Both the position numbers and the translations under genes were made by a program. Of a stretch of DNA of 64,000 nt, positions 38,100 to 46,078 are shown one piece after another. The DNA lies in assembly GCA_039964305.1 (NCBI GenBank), contig JBDVXS010000142.1, forward strand, positions 731 through 64,730. Direction: 5' to 3'. The notes below the pieces were generated by a model. The model did not search any database and was not told the DNA's origin. It was given only the letters and a program-made list of their open reading frames with translations. How positions within the stretch are numbered: the stretch's first letter is position 1; the number at the start of each line of letters is the position of its first letter. The stretch comes from Hyphomicrobiales bacterium. GTDB taxonomy: Bacteria > Pseudomonadota > Alphaproteobacteria > Rhizobiales > JACESI01.

Positions 38100-39641
38100 A
38101 TGGCACTCGCCCCGAGATTAGAATTCAGGCAGTCACAATCCCTTGTGATGACGCCGCAGCTTATGCAGGCAATAAAATTGCTGCAGCTGTCTAGTCTTGA
38201 TTTGGCGTCGTATGTTGAAGGTGAGCTCGAGCAAAACCCACTGCTTCACCGTGAAGATGAATTTAGCGATGGAACCCGTTCAGATAATAATGCTGAAGCC
38301 AGCGCCGATTCGGGTGATAATGTTGCGTCATCGAGTGAAAATGAGTGGCTCGATGGCCCCCTTGAAGCCAACCCTCAAGAGATTGCCGCAACGTTTGATA
38401 CAGACGCGGAGAACGTCTTTCCCGACGATGCTGGCAGTGCCGGCATTGAAGCTTCAACAGTCACAGGCCGTGATACACATCAAATAAACTCCACTGTGCG
38501 CTCTGGCGGTGAGGATGATTATAACCTTGAGGCTTTTGTCGCTGAAGAGGTGAATCTCGTTGATCATCTCATGTCTCAGCTTGGCCATATCATCACAGAC
38601 CCTGCGCAAATGCTGATCGCGAGAACATTGATTGATAGCATTGATCAAGCTGGTTACATGCGCGGTGATTTAGAGGAAATTGGTGAAAGCCTAGGGGCCG
38701 CCAATAGCGTTGTTAAAGAAACCCTTGATGCACTTCAAACGCTTGATCCTCCAGGTATTTGCGCGCGTAATTTGCCAGAATGTTTGGCGCTTCAGCTCAA
38801 AGATAAAAACCGTTATGACCCCGCCATCGCAACATTGCTGGATAATCTTGAGCTTCTAGCAAAGCGAGACTTTGCAACGCTTAAAGAACTCTGTGATGTC
38901 GATCAGGATGACCTGATTGATATGGTGAATGAAATCAAAGCTTTAGACCCAAAACCGGGTGAAGCTTTTGGGAATGTTTTGGCGGAAGCAATTATCCCTG
39001 ATGTCACTGTTCAGGCGCGCCCTGATGGCAGCTGGGCGATCGAGCTAAACGTTGAAGCTTTACCTCGGGTTTTGGTCGATCAAACCTATTATGCAACCGT
39101 TGTTAAAACGACGAATAATGAGACGGAAAAGGCTTACCTTACCGACTGTTTGCAAACGGCTAATTGGCTCGTGAAAAGCCTTGATCAGCGTGCAAAGACC
39201 ATCTTGAAGGTTGCGACTGAAATTGTTCGTCAGCAAGATGCATTTTTGACTAAGGGGGTTGAGTATCTTCGCCCTCTCAACCTGAAAACAGTTGCTGATG
39301 CAATTGAAATGCATGAATCGACGGTAAGTCGCGTCACGTCTAACAAGTTCATCATTACTCCGCGTGGCATTTTTGAGCTAAAATATTTCTTTACCGCTGC
39401 CATCGCCTCTTCAGAAGGGGGTGAATCGCATTCTGCTGAGGCCGTGCGCCACAAAATACGGACGCTAATTGACGCAGAAGATCCGAAGAAAATTCTTTCA
39501 GATGATACACTTGTCAAAATGTTGAAAGATGGTGGCGTTGATATTGCTAGGCGTACAGTTGCCAAATATCGCGAAGCCATGCGTATTCCGTCATCGGTTC
39601 AGCGTCGTCGCGAGAAAAAAATGCTTCTTGCAACCAAATAA
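38100..39641 (+). CDS. rpoN: RNA polymerase sigma-54 factor RpoN
   Basis: Region I is MALAPRLEFRQSQSLVMTPQLMQAIKLLQLS. An acidic region II follows, and the C-terminal RpoN box is ARRTVAKYREAMRIPSS. The ATG at 38100 lies within the longer track ORF. Confidence 0.95.
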   Translation: MALAPRLEFRQSQSLVMTPQLMQAIKLLQLSSLDLASYVEGELEQNPLLHREDEFSDGTRSDNNAEASADSGDNVASSSENEWLDGPLEANPQEIAATFDTDAENVFPDDAGSAGIEASTVTGRDTHQINSTVRSGGEDDYNLEAFVAEEVNLVDHLMSQLGHIITDPAQMLIARTLIDSIDQAGYMRGDLEEIGESLGAANSVVKETLDALQTLDPPGICARNLPECLALQLKDKNRYDPAIATLLDNLELLAKRDFATLKELCDVDQDDLIDMVNEIKALDPKPGEAFGNVLAEAIIPDVTVQARPDGSWAIELNVEALPRVLVDQTYYATVVKTTNNETEKAYLTDCLQTANWLVKSLDQRAKTILKVATEIVRQQDAFLTKGVEYLRPLNLKTVADAIEMHESTVSRVTSNKFIITPRGIFELKYFFTAAIASSEGGESHSAEAVRHKIRTLIDAEDPKKILSDDTLVKMLKDGGVDIARRTVAKYREAMRIPSSVQRRREKKMLLATK

Positions 39642-39832
39642 TCCCTTATTGCTTTATGAAACCTTGCCAGAGCCCTGCTTAGTCAACAAGTTATTAGATA
39701 ATAGCGCAATCAATCCCAGTTTTTTTCTTAAAAGTGCTGACGGCCTTGTTTCAAGAGGCTAGACTTCATTTCGAAGCACCGTTCTTGCTGCTTTGCTGGT
39801 TCGGTGTCGATAGCAAAAAAAGGAATGATAAT

Positions 39833-40402
39833 ATGAACTTACGTGTATCTGGAAAGAATATCGATGTTGGTGAAGCGCTCCGAACCAACATTACCGACCA
39901 AGTTGATGCAGCAGTAAGTAAGTATTTTGATGGCGGGTATACAGGCCATGTGATCGTTGAAAAAGAAGGCTCTATGTTCAAGGTTGAATGCAAAGTTCAC
40001 CTTGATACGGGGATTGATCTTGTTGCCAACGGTTCGGCCCAAGATGCGCACCCAGCTTTTGATAAAGCGGCTGAACGCATTGAAAAGCGACTAAGACGGT
40101 ATAAGAGAAAACTCAAAGATCATCGTGCTGCGGCGAATCAAAAGAGCCAATTGGCACCCGCTTATATTTTAGCTGGGCCAACTGATGACGAAGAAAATGT
40201 GGATGAGGACAACGCATCCCCAGCCATAATTGCCGAAAATGAAACAGCTATTCTAACAATGACGGTCAGTACTGCGGTAATGGCAATGGACTTAAGCAGC
40301 CAAGATGTGTATGTATTCCGAAATCCTGATAGCGGGGAAATCAACGTGCTGCATAAGCGCCCCGATGGAAACATCGGTTGGATTGACCCATCACAAAGTT
40401 AG
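39833..40402 (+). CDS. hpf: ribosome hibernation promoting factor (long HPF)
   Basis: The N-terminus is MNLRVSGKNIDVGEALRTNITDQV...KRLRRYKRKLKDH, followed by the C-terminal dimerisation domain. It lies downstream of rpoN. The ATG at 39833 is preceded by AAAGGAA. Confidence 0.9.
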   Translation: MNLRVSGKNIDVGEALRTNITDQVDAAVSKYFDGGYTGHVIVEKEGSMFKVECKVHLDTGIDLVANGSAQDAHPAFDKAAERIEKRLRRYKRKLKDHRAAANQKSQLAPAYILAGPTDDEENVDEDNASPAIIAENETAILTMTVSTAVMAMDLSSQDVYVFRNPDSGEINVLHKRPDGNIGWIDPSQS

Positions 40403-40478
40403 ACATGAATTAGTAGACCTGCAACTGTCGTAATTGATTTCGCGATCGTTTGTTTATGGTTATATCGAAGGTGGCACA

Positions 40479-40943
40479 ATGGACTTATCTGAGTTGCTCA
40501 ATGAGAATGCTATTTTGCCGGCACTTAAAGTGTCGAGCAAGAAGCAAGCCATTCAATGTATTTCAGAAAAAGCAGCTGAAATAACAGGTTTAAATGAGCG
40601 CGAAATCTTTGAGACTTTGTTGCAAAGAGAGCGCCTTGGCTCTACGGGCGTTGGATCTGGCATTGCGATTCCGCATGGTAAATTGCCAAGCCTTGATAAG
40701 ATATATGGGGTTATGGCGCGGTTGGAACGTCCAATTAGCTTTGATGCAATGGACGACCAGCCGGTTGATATCATTTTCTTGCTGCTCGCTCCTGAGGGTG
40801 CGGGCGCTGATCATCTTAAAGCGCTTGCCAAAATTGCCCGTGTTTTACGTGATGGCGATATGGTCCACAAAATCCGTGCAACATCGGATGCTGAAGCGCT
40901 TTATTCTGTGCTTTTAACACCGCCTAACCAAGAAGCAGCCTAA
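40479..40943 (+). CDS. ptsN: PTS IIA-like nitrogen regulatory protein PtsN (EIIA-Ntr)
   Basis: The PTS_EIIA_2 domain has the phosphorylatable His in GSGIAIPHGKL. It occupies the classic rpoN-hpf-ptsN position. Confidence 0.9.
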   Translation: MDLSELLNENAILPALKVSSKKQAIQCISEKAAEITGLNEREIFETLLQRERLGSTGVGSGIAIPHGKLPSLDKIYGVMARLERPISFDAMDDQPVDIIFLLLAPEGAGADHLKALAKIARVLRDGDMVHKIRATSDAEALYSVLLTPPNQEAA

Positions 40944-40961
40944 CCAAGCTTCTTGATGGCC

Positions 40962-41228
40962 TTAGTGTAGGCTCACCATTTCCAAATCATATTCATCTGC
41001 ATTGGCTTCTGCGATGGAGCGGTCATCAGAGATCATCAAAGGTTCCCCATCTGCGCCCAGCAAGGCGTAGAGCTTATAAGGAACTTCGCCGTCAAGCATG
41101 CCTGGATATAAGACTTCGAAATCTTCAGGCGACAGTTCCCTAATATACGCAAAGGCTTCCTCGCCAAAATGAAGAAGCTCCTCCTTTGTAAAGGTATCTT
41201 GGATTTTTGTTCCAATAAAGTCGGTCAT
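40962..41228 (-). CDS. DUF1150 family small acidic protein
   Basis: 88 aa with ...AFAYIRELSPEDF...YALLGADGEPLMISDDRSIAEANA. It forms the usual alphaproteobacterial partnership downstream of an hsp20 gene. Confidence 0.65.
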   Translation of the reverse strand: MTDFIGTKIQDTFTKEELLHFGEEAFAYIRELSPEDFEVLYPGMLDGEVPYKLYALLGADGEPLMISDDRSIAEANADEYDLEMVSLH

Positions 41229-41319
41229 TTTTACCTTCCTCTTGGTCAGAGCGCGTATGCCACCCGAATCAATCTATCAGATTCTCTCTTAATGGCTTCC
41301 GCTTTTTTAGTTCCTGACA

Positions 41320-41760
41320 CTAGTCTGCCTGTGAAATCTTAATCTTTTTTATAAGCCGCTCAGGTTGTGTGCGGGTTAAGTCTACAGAAAGTAAACCGCT
41401 GGCCAAATTTGCAGCACCCACTTCCATGCCATCTGCCAGCACAAAGGTGCGTACAAATTGCCGCGCCGCGATGCCTCTGTGGAGGTAAGTGCGTGTTGGG
41501 TCGTCCGTTTGTTTGCCCTTAATCACCAGTTGCTTGTCTTCAACGGTAATATCCAAATCCTCATCATTGAAACCCGCAACAGCCAAAGTGATACGAAGTT
41601 TCACGACCCCTTCATCATCGGCAATTTGTTCGATGTTATAAGGCGGGTAGCCTTCATTTCCGCCTTTGGAAACTTGATCTAGCAAGCGCTCAATTTCGTC
41701 AAACCCCAAAAGCAGGGGGTTTGAAAAATAAGGCCCGCGCGGTGGTGCATTGCGCGTCAT
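41320..41760 (-). CDS. small heat-shock protein, Hsp20/alpha-crystallin family (IbpA-like)
   Basis: The segments are ...GYPPYNIEQ...LRITLAVAGFNDEDLDITVEDKQLVIKGK...YLHRGIAARQFVRTFVLADGMEV. The start was chosen at ATG 41760, with AGGA 7 nt upstream. The track ORF opens at 41787. Confidence 0.85.
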   Translation of the reverse strand: MTRNAPPRGPYFSNPLLLGFDEIERLLDQVSKGGNEGYPPYNIEQIADDEGVVKLRITLAVAGFNDEDLDITVEDKQLVIKGKQTDDPTRTYLHRGIAARQFVRTFVLADGMEVGAANLASGLLSVDLTRTQPERLIKKIKISQAD

Positions 41761-41833
41761 ACCGATTCCTTTCAATGCCCTTGTCATACAAGCAGCATGA
41801 GATGAGACCCCGATCGGGCGTCTTCGTTGTATA

Positions 41834-41864
41834 AAATATGGGTAGAATTGACGGTGGTTTCAAG
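41834..41864 (-). promoter_or_regulatory. candidate RpoH (sigma-32) heat-shock promoter of the hsp20-DUF1150 unit
   Basis: The reverse strand reads CTTGAAA-ccaccgtcaattcta-CCCATAT. This is close to the sigma-32 consensus CTTGAA-N13-17-CCCCATNT and lies about 70 nt upstream of the hsp20 start. Confidence 0.55.
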
Positions 41865-41874
41865 TGTCGACGAA

Positions 41875-42606
41875 TTAACGCAATGATACTGGAAAAACCA
41901 CAAACCGACGGTCTGGCCCTTCAAAGCCGAGTTGGAACACGCTGATTAACGCAGCCGCGAAATCGCCTGAACGCTCGGCTGGCAAGTAAATACGTGACAG
42001 GCGATATTTCAGCGGACAACCGCGCGATAGAAAAATCTTCTCATCACGATGGACAAAGCGGCGTTTACCGTTGGGATCAATTTTTTCCATCTGAAAACCA
42101 AGCGTATCAATTGGGCATTTGCCTGCACTTGGTACGGGAATATGTTTTAAAACCAAATCGAAAAAATCGCCTCTTCCCTGCGTTGGATCACTATGGCTTG
42201 GAATAACCACGCGCGAAATGATCGGTGCTGATAATCCTTCACTGCTATCTGCAAAATCACCTAAGCCACGGGCATAAGCGACGACTGCGGGGTGGTTCAG
42301 TTTATACTTTCTCAAAATATTTTTTGCTGTGCTTTTTACCTCCCACCGAACAGAAGCAAGGGATGCATTCTCTTTCTTTTTCAGCAAACGCACTGGTGTG
42401 GAAGGAACGAAAGTGTCTGTTTCTAGGTCGATGATATAGAGGTTTGAATAGGGAAAGCCGGAGCCATCTTGCACGCCATATTCTTCAAACCCGAAATAGC
42501 GGCCATCTTTCGAAAAACCGATCACTTGTTCATAGGCGAAATCGCCCGCCTGAGCGGTCGCCAGCAAAGCCAGTTTCAAAAATAAGCTTAAGATGATAAT
42601 CCGCAT
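41875..42606 (-). CDS. secreted hypothetical protein (possibly DUF2259-like)
   Basis: The signal peptide is MRIIILSLFLKLALLATAQA|GD. I recognise no catalytic motif, and the family assignment is only from memory of similar alphaproteobacterial proteins. Confidence 0.55.
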   Translation of the reverse strand: MRIIILSLFLKLALLATAQAGDFAYEQVIGFSKDGRYFGFEEYGVQDGSGFPYSNLYIIDLETDTFVPSTPVRLLKKKENASLASVRWEVKSTAKNILRKYKLNHPAVVAYARGLGDFADSSEGLSAPIISRVVIPSHSDPTQGRGDFFDLVLKHIPVPSAGKCPIDTLGFQMEKIDPNGKRRFVHRDEKIFLSRGCPLKYRLSRIYLPAERSGDFAAALISVFQLGFEGPDRRFVVFPVSLR

Positions 42607-42675
42607 TTCGGTCTTTCCATTTGTTGGCTAAATCTATTCAATAAGAATGCTTTTATCAAAGCTTAGGGGACGAAT

Positions 42676-44277
42676 TTGGCAGAACCACGATTATCAATCA
42701 AGCGCGCATCGAACCGTGTTTTGAACCTTGGGAGTTTTGCAACGCAAGCCGCTAAGCGTGTTGGAGATGATCCTGCGGTGATCTGGGGCAATGAGGTGCG
42801 TAGTTGGGCAAATTTCAACGCCCGCGCCAACGCAATTGCCTTGCAGTTACAAGCGCTTGGATTGGTGCGCGGCGACCGCGTTATGATCCATTCTCCTAAT
42901 TGTCCTGAGTATCTTGAAAGCATGGTCGCCATAGTGAAGGCTGGCTGTGTGATGGTTCCGACCAATTTCCGCCTTTCCCCCGATGATATCGCGGATATGG
43001 CGCTTCGCACAGAAACCAAGGCAATCATCGGCCATGCCGCCTATCCAGCGCATATGGATGTGGTGCAGCAAACAGCTCAAACATGTGAAAACCGTTTGGT
43101 GATCGCAGGTGAAGGTGCAGACGGTTTTGATAAGGCGGTCGCGCTTTATCGCGTTCAACCGTTTCAAGATGTCGACGTTGAGTATGACGACCCATGCTGG
43201 TTCTTTTTTACTTCTGGCACCACCGGAAAACCAAAAATTGCAACGCTCACCCACGGGCAAATGTCCTTTGTTACAGTCAATCATGTCGCCGATCTAATGC
43301 CAGGGCTTGGCAAGGGGGATGTGTCGATGGCTGTGGCGCCCTTGTCGCATGGGGCGGGTGCGCATTTCTTTCCGCAACTGGCTCGTGCCGTGCCGACAGT
43401 TTTGACACAAGGCAGCGGGCTTGATCCCACGGAAGTCTGGTCGTTGGTGGAAAAGCACAAGGTCACCAACATGTTCACCGTGCCGACAATCGTGAAGCGG
43501 TTGACGGAGCATGAAGCCGTGGAGCGTTTTGATCTCTCCTCATTGCGTCATGTTATTTACGCTGGTGCGCCCATGTATCGGGCGGATCAAAAACACGCCC
43601 TTTCTAAACTTGGCAATGTCATTGTTCAGTATTTTGGTCTGGGTGAAGTGACGGGCTGCATTACGGTTCTGCCTGTCGATGATCACAGCCTTGATGATGA
43701 TAAAATGCCTGTTGGTTCATGCGGCTATCCGCGCACGGGTATTGATGTCGCAATCTTGGATGATAAGGGCGGGCGGCTTGAGGTGAACGCTACAGGTAAT
43801 ATTTGCATTGGAGGCCTTGGCGTCTTCGCTGGCTACTACCAAAATGACGAGGCAAACCGCGAAGTATTCCTAGATGGCTGGTTTATGACGGGTGATCTTG
43901 GCCATGTGGATGAGCGTGGTTATGTCTATATTACGGGACGACGCTCAGACATGTATATTTCGGGTGGTTCTAATGTTTACCCGCGCGAGGCGGAAGAAAA
44001 AATATTGGAGCATCCAGCCATTGATGAGGCCGCGATCGTTGGTGTGCCTGACGCTGACTGGGGCGAGGTTGGCGTTGCTGTCATCACCTTGCATGAAGGT
44101 GCCGCCTTTGATGAAGCAGAGTTCAAGCTCTGGCTCATGGATAAGGTCGCCCGCTATAAGCAACCAAAGTCGATCTATATTTGGGATGAGATGCCAAAAT
44201 CGGGCTATGGGAAGATTGAGAAGAAGCGGATTAAAGCGATGCTTGAAGAGCAAGGTTTGATTGAATTAATAAACTAA
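42676..44277 (+). CDS. AMP-dependent acyl-CoA synthetase/ligase
   Basis: Contains FFTSGTTGKPKIATLTHGQ, TGDLG...GRRSDMYISGGSNVYPRE and GKIEKKR. It has a TTG start at the ORF head. Confidence 0.85.
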   Translation: MAEPRLSIKRASNRVLNLGSFATQAAKRVGDDPAVIWGNEVRSWANFNARANAIALQLQALGLVRGDRVMIHSPNCPEYLESMVAIVKAGCVMVPTNFRLSPDDIADMALRTETKAIIGHAAYPAHMDVVQQTAQTCENRLVIAGEGADGFDKAVALYRVQPFQDVDVEYDDPCWFFFTSGTTGKPKIATLTHGQMSFVTVNHVADLMPGLGKGDVSMAVAPLSHGAGAHFFPQLARAVPTVLTQGSGLDPTEVWSLVEKHKVTNMFTVPTIVKRLTEHEAVERFDLSSLRHVIYAGAPMYRADQKHALSKLGNVIVQYFGLGEVTGCITVLPVDDHSLDDDKMPVGSCGYPRTGIDVAILDDKGGRLEVNATGNICIGGLGVFAGYYQNDEANREVFLDGWFMTGDLGHVDERGYVYITGRRSDMYISGGSNVYPREAEEKILEHPAIDEAAIVGVPDADWGEVGVAVITLHEGAAFDEAEFKLWLMDKVARYKQPKSIYIWDEMPKSGYGKIEKKRIKAMLEEQGLIELIN

Positions 44278-44321
44278 ATGGTGAATTAAAAAGCACGAAA
44301 TTGCGGGCCTTCGGTCGCGCC

Positions 44322-44341
44322 ATATAAAGATTTCTTTATAT
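44322..44341. promoter_or_regulatory. 20-bp palindrome ATATAAAGA-TT-TCTTTATAT upstream of ahcY (candidate operator)
   Basis: Perfect 9-bp arms are separated by a 2-nt spacer. The site is about 110 nt upstream of the ahcY ATG and is read directly from the sequence. Confidence 0.3.
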
Positions 44342-44451
44342 GTTCTTGCGTCAGTGACCAAACCCGTGCTAAGGACGCGCAAAATGCCGAGGAGTGGTAG
44401 GGTTTCTGTTGCTCCTTTCTTCTTTAAAATGATGCTTATGGGATACCGATA

Positions 44452-45855
44452 ATGGCTGACTATTACGTAAAAGACATTGGCCTTGCTGACTTTGGCCGCA
44501 CAGAATTGGACATCGCTGAAACTGAAATGCCGGGCTTGATGGCTCTGCGTGAAGAGTTTGGCAAAAGCAAGCCGTTGAAGGGTGCGCGCATTGCGGGTTC
44601 ACTTCACATGACTATTCAAACAGCTGTGTTGATTGAAACATTGGTTGAACTTGGCGCAGAAGTGCGTTGGGTATCTTGCAACATCTTCTCTACACAAGAC
44701 CACGCTGCCGCTGCAATTGCTGCTAAAGGCATTCCAGTTTTTGCTTTCAAAGGCGAAACACTCGAAGAATATTGGGCGTTTTCAGACCGCATTTGGGAAT
44801 GGCCAGATGGCGGTTACGCAAACATGATTTTGGATGATGGTGGCGATGCAACCATGTTGATCCTTAACGGTTCAAAATCTGAAACAGATCCAAGCATTCT
44901 TGAAAATCCAGAGAACGAAGAAGAAGAAGCCTTCTTCGCGACAATCAAGAAGCGTCAGGCGCAAGACCCGACATTCTATTCAAAAGTAAAAGCCAGCCTG
45001 CGCGGTGTTTCTGAAGAAACAACAACAGGCGTTCTTCGTCTTTATGATTTGGTGAAAAAGGGTGAGCTTCCTTTCCCTGCAATCAACGTGAACGACAGTG
45101 TAACAAAATCGAAATTCGATAACCGTTATGGCTGCCGTGAATCATTGGTTGACGCGATCCGTCGCGGTACAGACACAATGATGGCCGGTAAAGTTGCAAT
45201 CGTTTGTGGCTACGGTGACGTTGGTAAAGGTTCTGCACAATCACTTCTTGGTGCTGGTGCCCGCGTTAAAGTAACTGAAATCGATCCAATCTGTGCGCTT
45301 CAAGCGGCAATGGATGGTTATGAAGTTGTAACAATGGAAGACGAAGCGCCAAACGCTGATGTTTTCGTTTCTGCAACAGGCAACAAAGACGTCATCACCG
45401 TTGACCACATGCGTGCTATGAAAGACATGGCGATCGTTTGTAACATCGGTCACTTTGACAATGAGATCCAAGTTTCTGGTTTGAAAAACTTTAAATGGAC
45501 AAATGTTAAGCCGCAGGTTGATTTGATTGAGAAGCCAGATGGTAACCGTATGATCCTTCTTTCAGAAGGTCGTTTGGTGAACCTTGGTAACGCAACAGGC
45601 CACCCGTCATTCGTGATGTCTGCATCATTCACAAACCAAGTTCTTGCTCAAATGGAGCTTTGGGCTGATTCGAATGCAACAGAGAAAAAATACGAAAACG
45701 ACGTCTATATTCTGCCTAAACACCTTGATGAGAAGGTTGCTGAACTGCACCTTGAAAAACTTGGTGTGAAATTGACAACCTTGTCAGATGAGCAATCTGA
45801 CTATCTTGGAATTTCTCCACAAGGCCCATACAAGCCGGAGCACTACAAGTATTAA
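44452..45855 (+). CDS. ahcY: adenosylhomocysteinase
   Basis: 467 aa. The N-terminus is [30 protein letters not shown] and the NAD fold is [12 protein letters not shown]. The C-terminus ...[10 protein letters not shown] is canonical. Confidence 0.97.
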   Translation: MADYYVKDIGLADFGRTELDIAETEMPGLMALREEFGKSKPLKGARIAGSLHMTIQTAVLIETLVELGAEVRWVSCNIFSTQDHAAAAIAAKGIPVFAFKGETLEEYWAFSDRIWEWPDGGYANMILDDGGDATMLILNGSKSETDPSILENPENEEEEAFFATIKKRQAQDPTFYSKVKASLRGVSEETTTGVLRLYDLVKKGELPFPAINVNDSVTKSKFDNRYGCRESLVDAIRRGTDTMMAGKVAIVCGYGDVGKGSAQSLLGAGARVKVTEIDPICALQAAMDGYEVVTMEDEAPNADVFVSATGNKDVITVDHMRAMKDMAIVCNIGHFDNEIQVSGLKNFKWTNVKPQVDLIEKPDGNRMILLSEGRLVNLGNATGHPSFVMSASFTNQVLAQMELWADSNATEKKYENDVYILPKHLDEKVAELHLEKLGVKLTTLSDEQSDYLGISPQGPYKPEHYKY

Positions 45856-45884
45856 TCGCATCTTAACTGCATACTAGATGTTGT

Positions 45885-45925
45885 ATCCGCGCGGGTTTGC
45901 TCTCGCGCGGATTTTTATTTTTCAG
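45885..45925 (+). terminator. rho-independent terminator after ahcY
   Basis: The stem ATCCGCGCG...CGCGCGGAT (9 bp, GC-rich) is followed by TTTTTATTTTT. Confidence 0.85.
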
Positions 45926-46078
45926 CATTTTTTAAAAAAAATAGCTTTTGTTTGGACGCATTCAAACAGTATCTTGGTAACGATTCGGTAAGATTTACAT
46001 TCAATATTGTACGTTGGTGAGCTTTTGTAATGGGTGGCTCGTTAGCGCGATAACGGATTCGTTGGCCAAGGAAGAAAC

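Noticed and set aside
44290-44451. Possible SAH riboswitch in the ahcY leader, which contains GCCGAGGAG reminiscent of the SAH element core
   Set aside because: The complementary CUCGG segment, the pseudoknot partner and the conserved 3' part of the SAH riboswitch are not present. As far as I know that class is also mainly beta/gammaproteobacterial.
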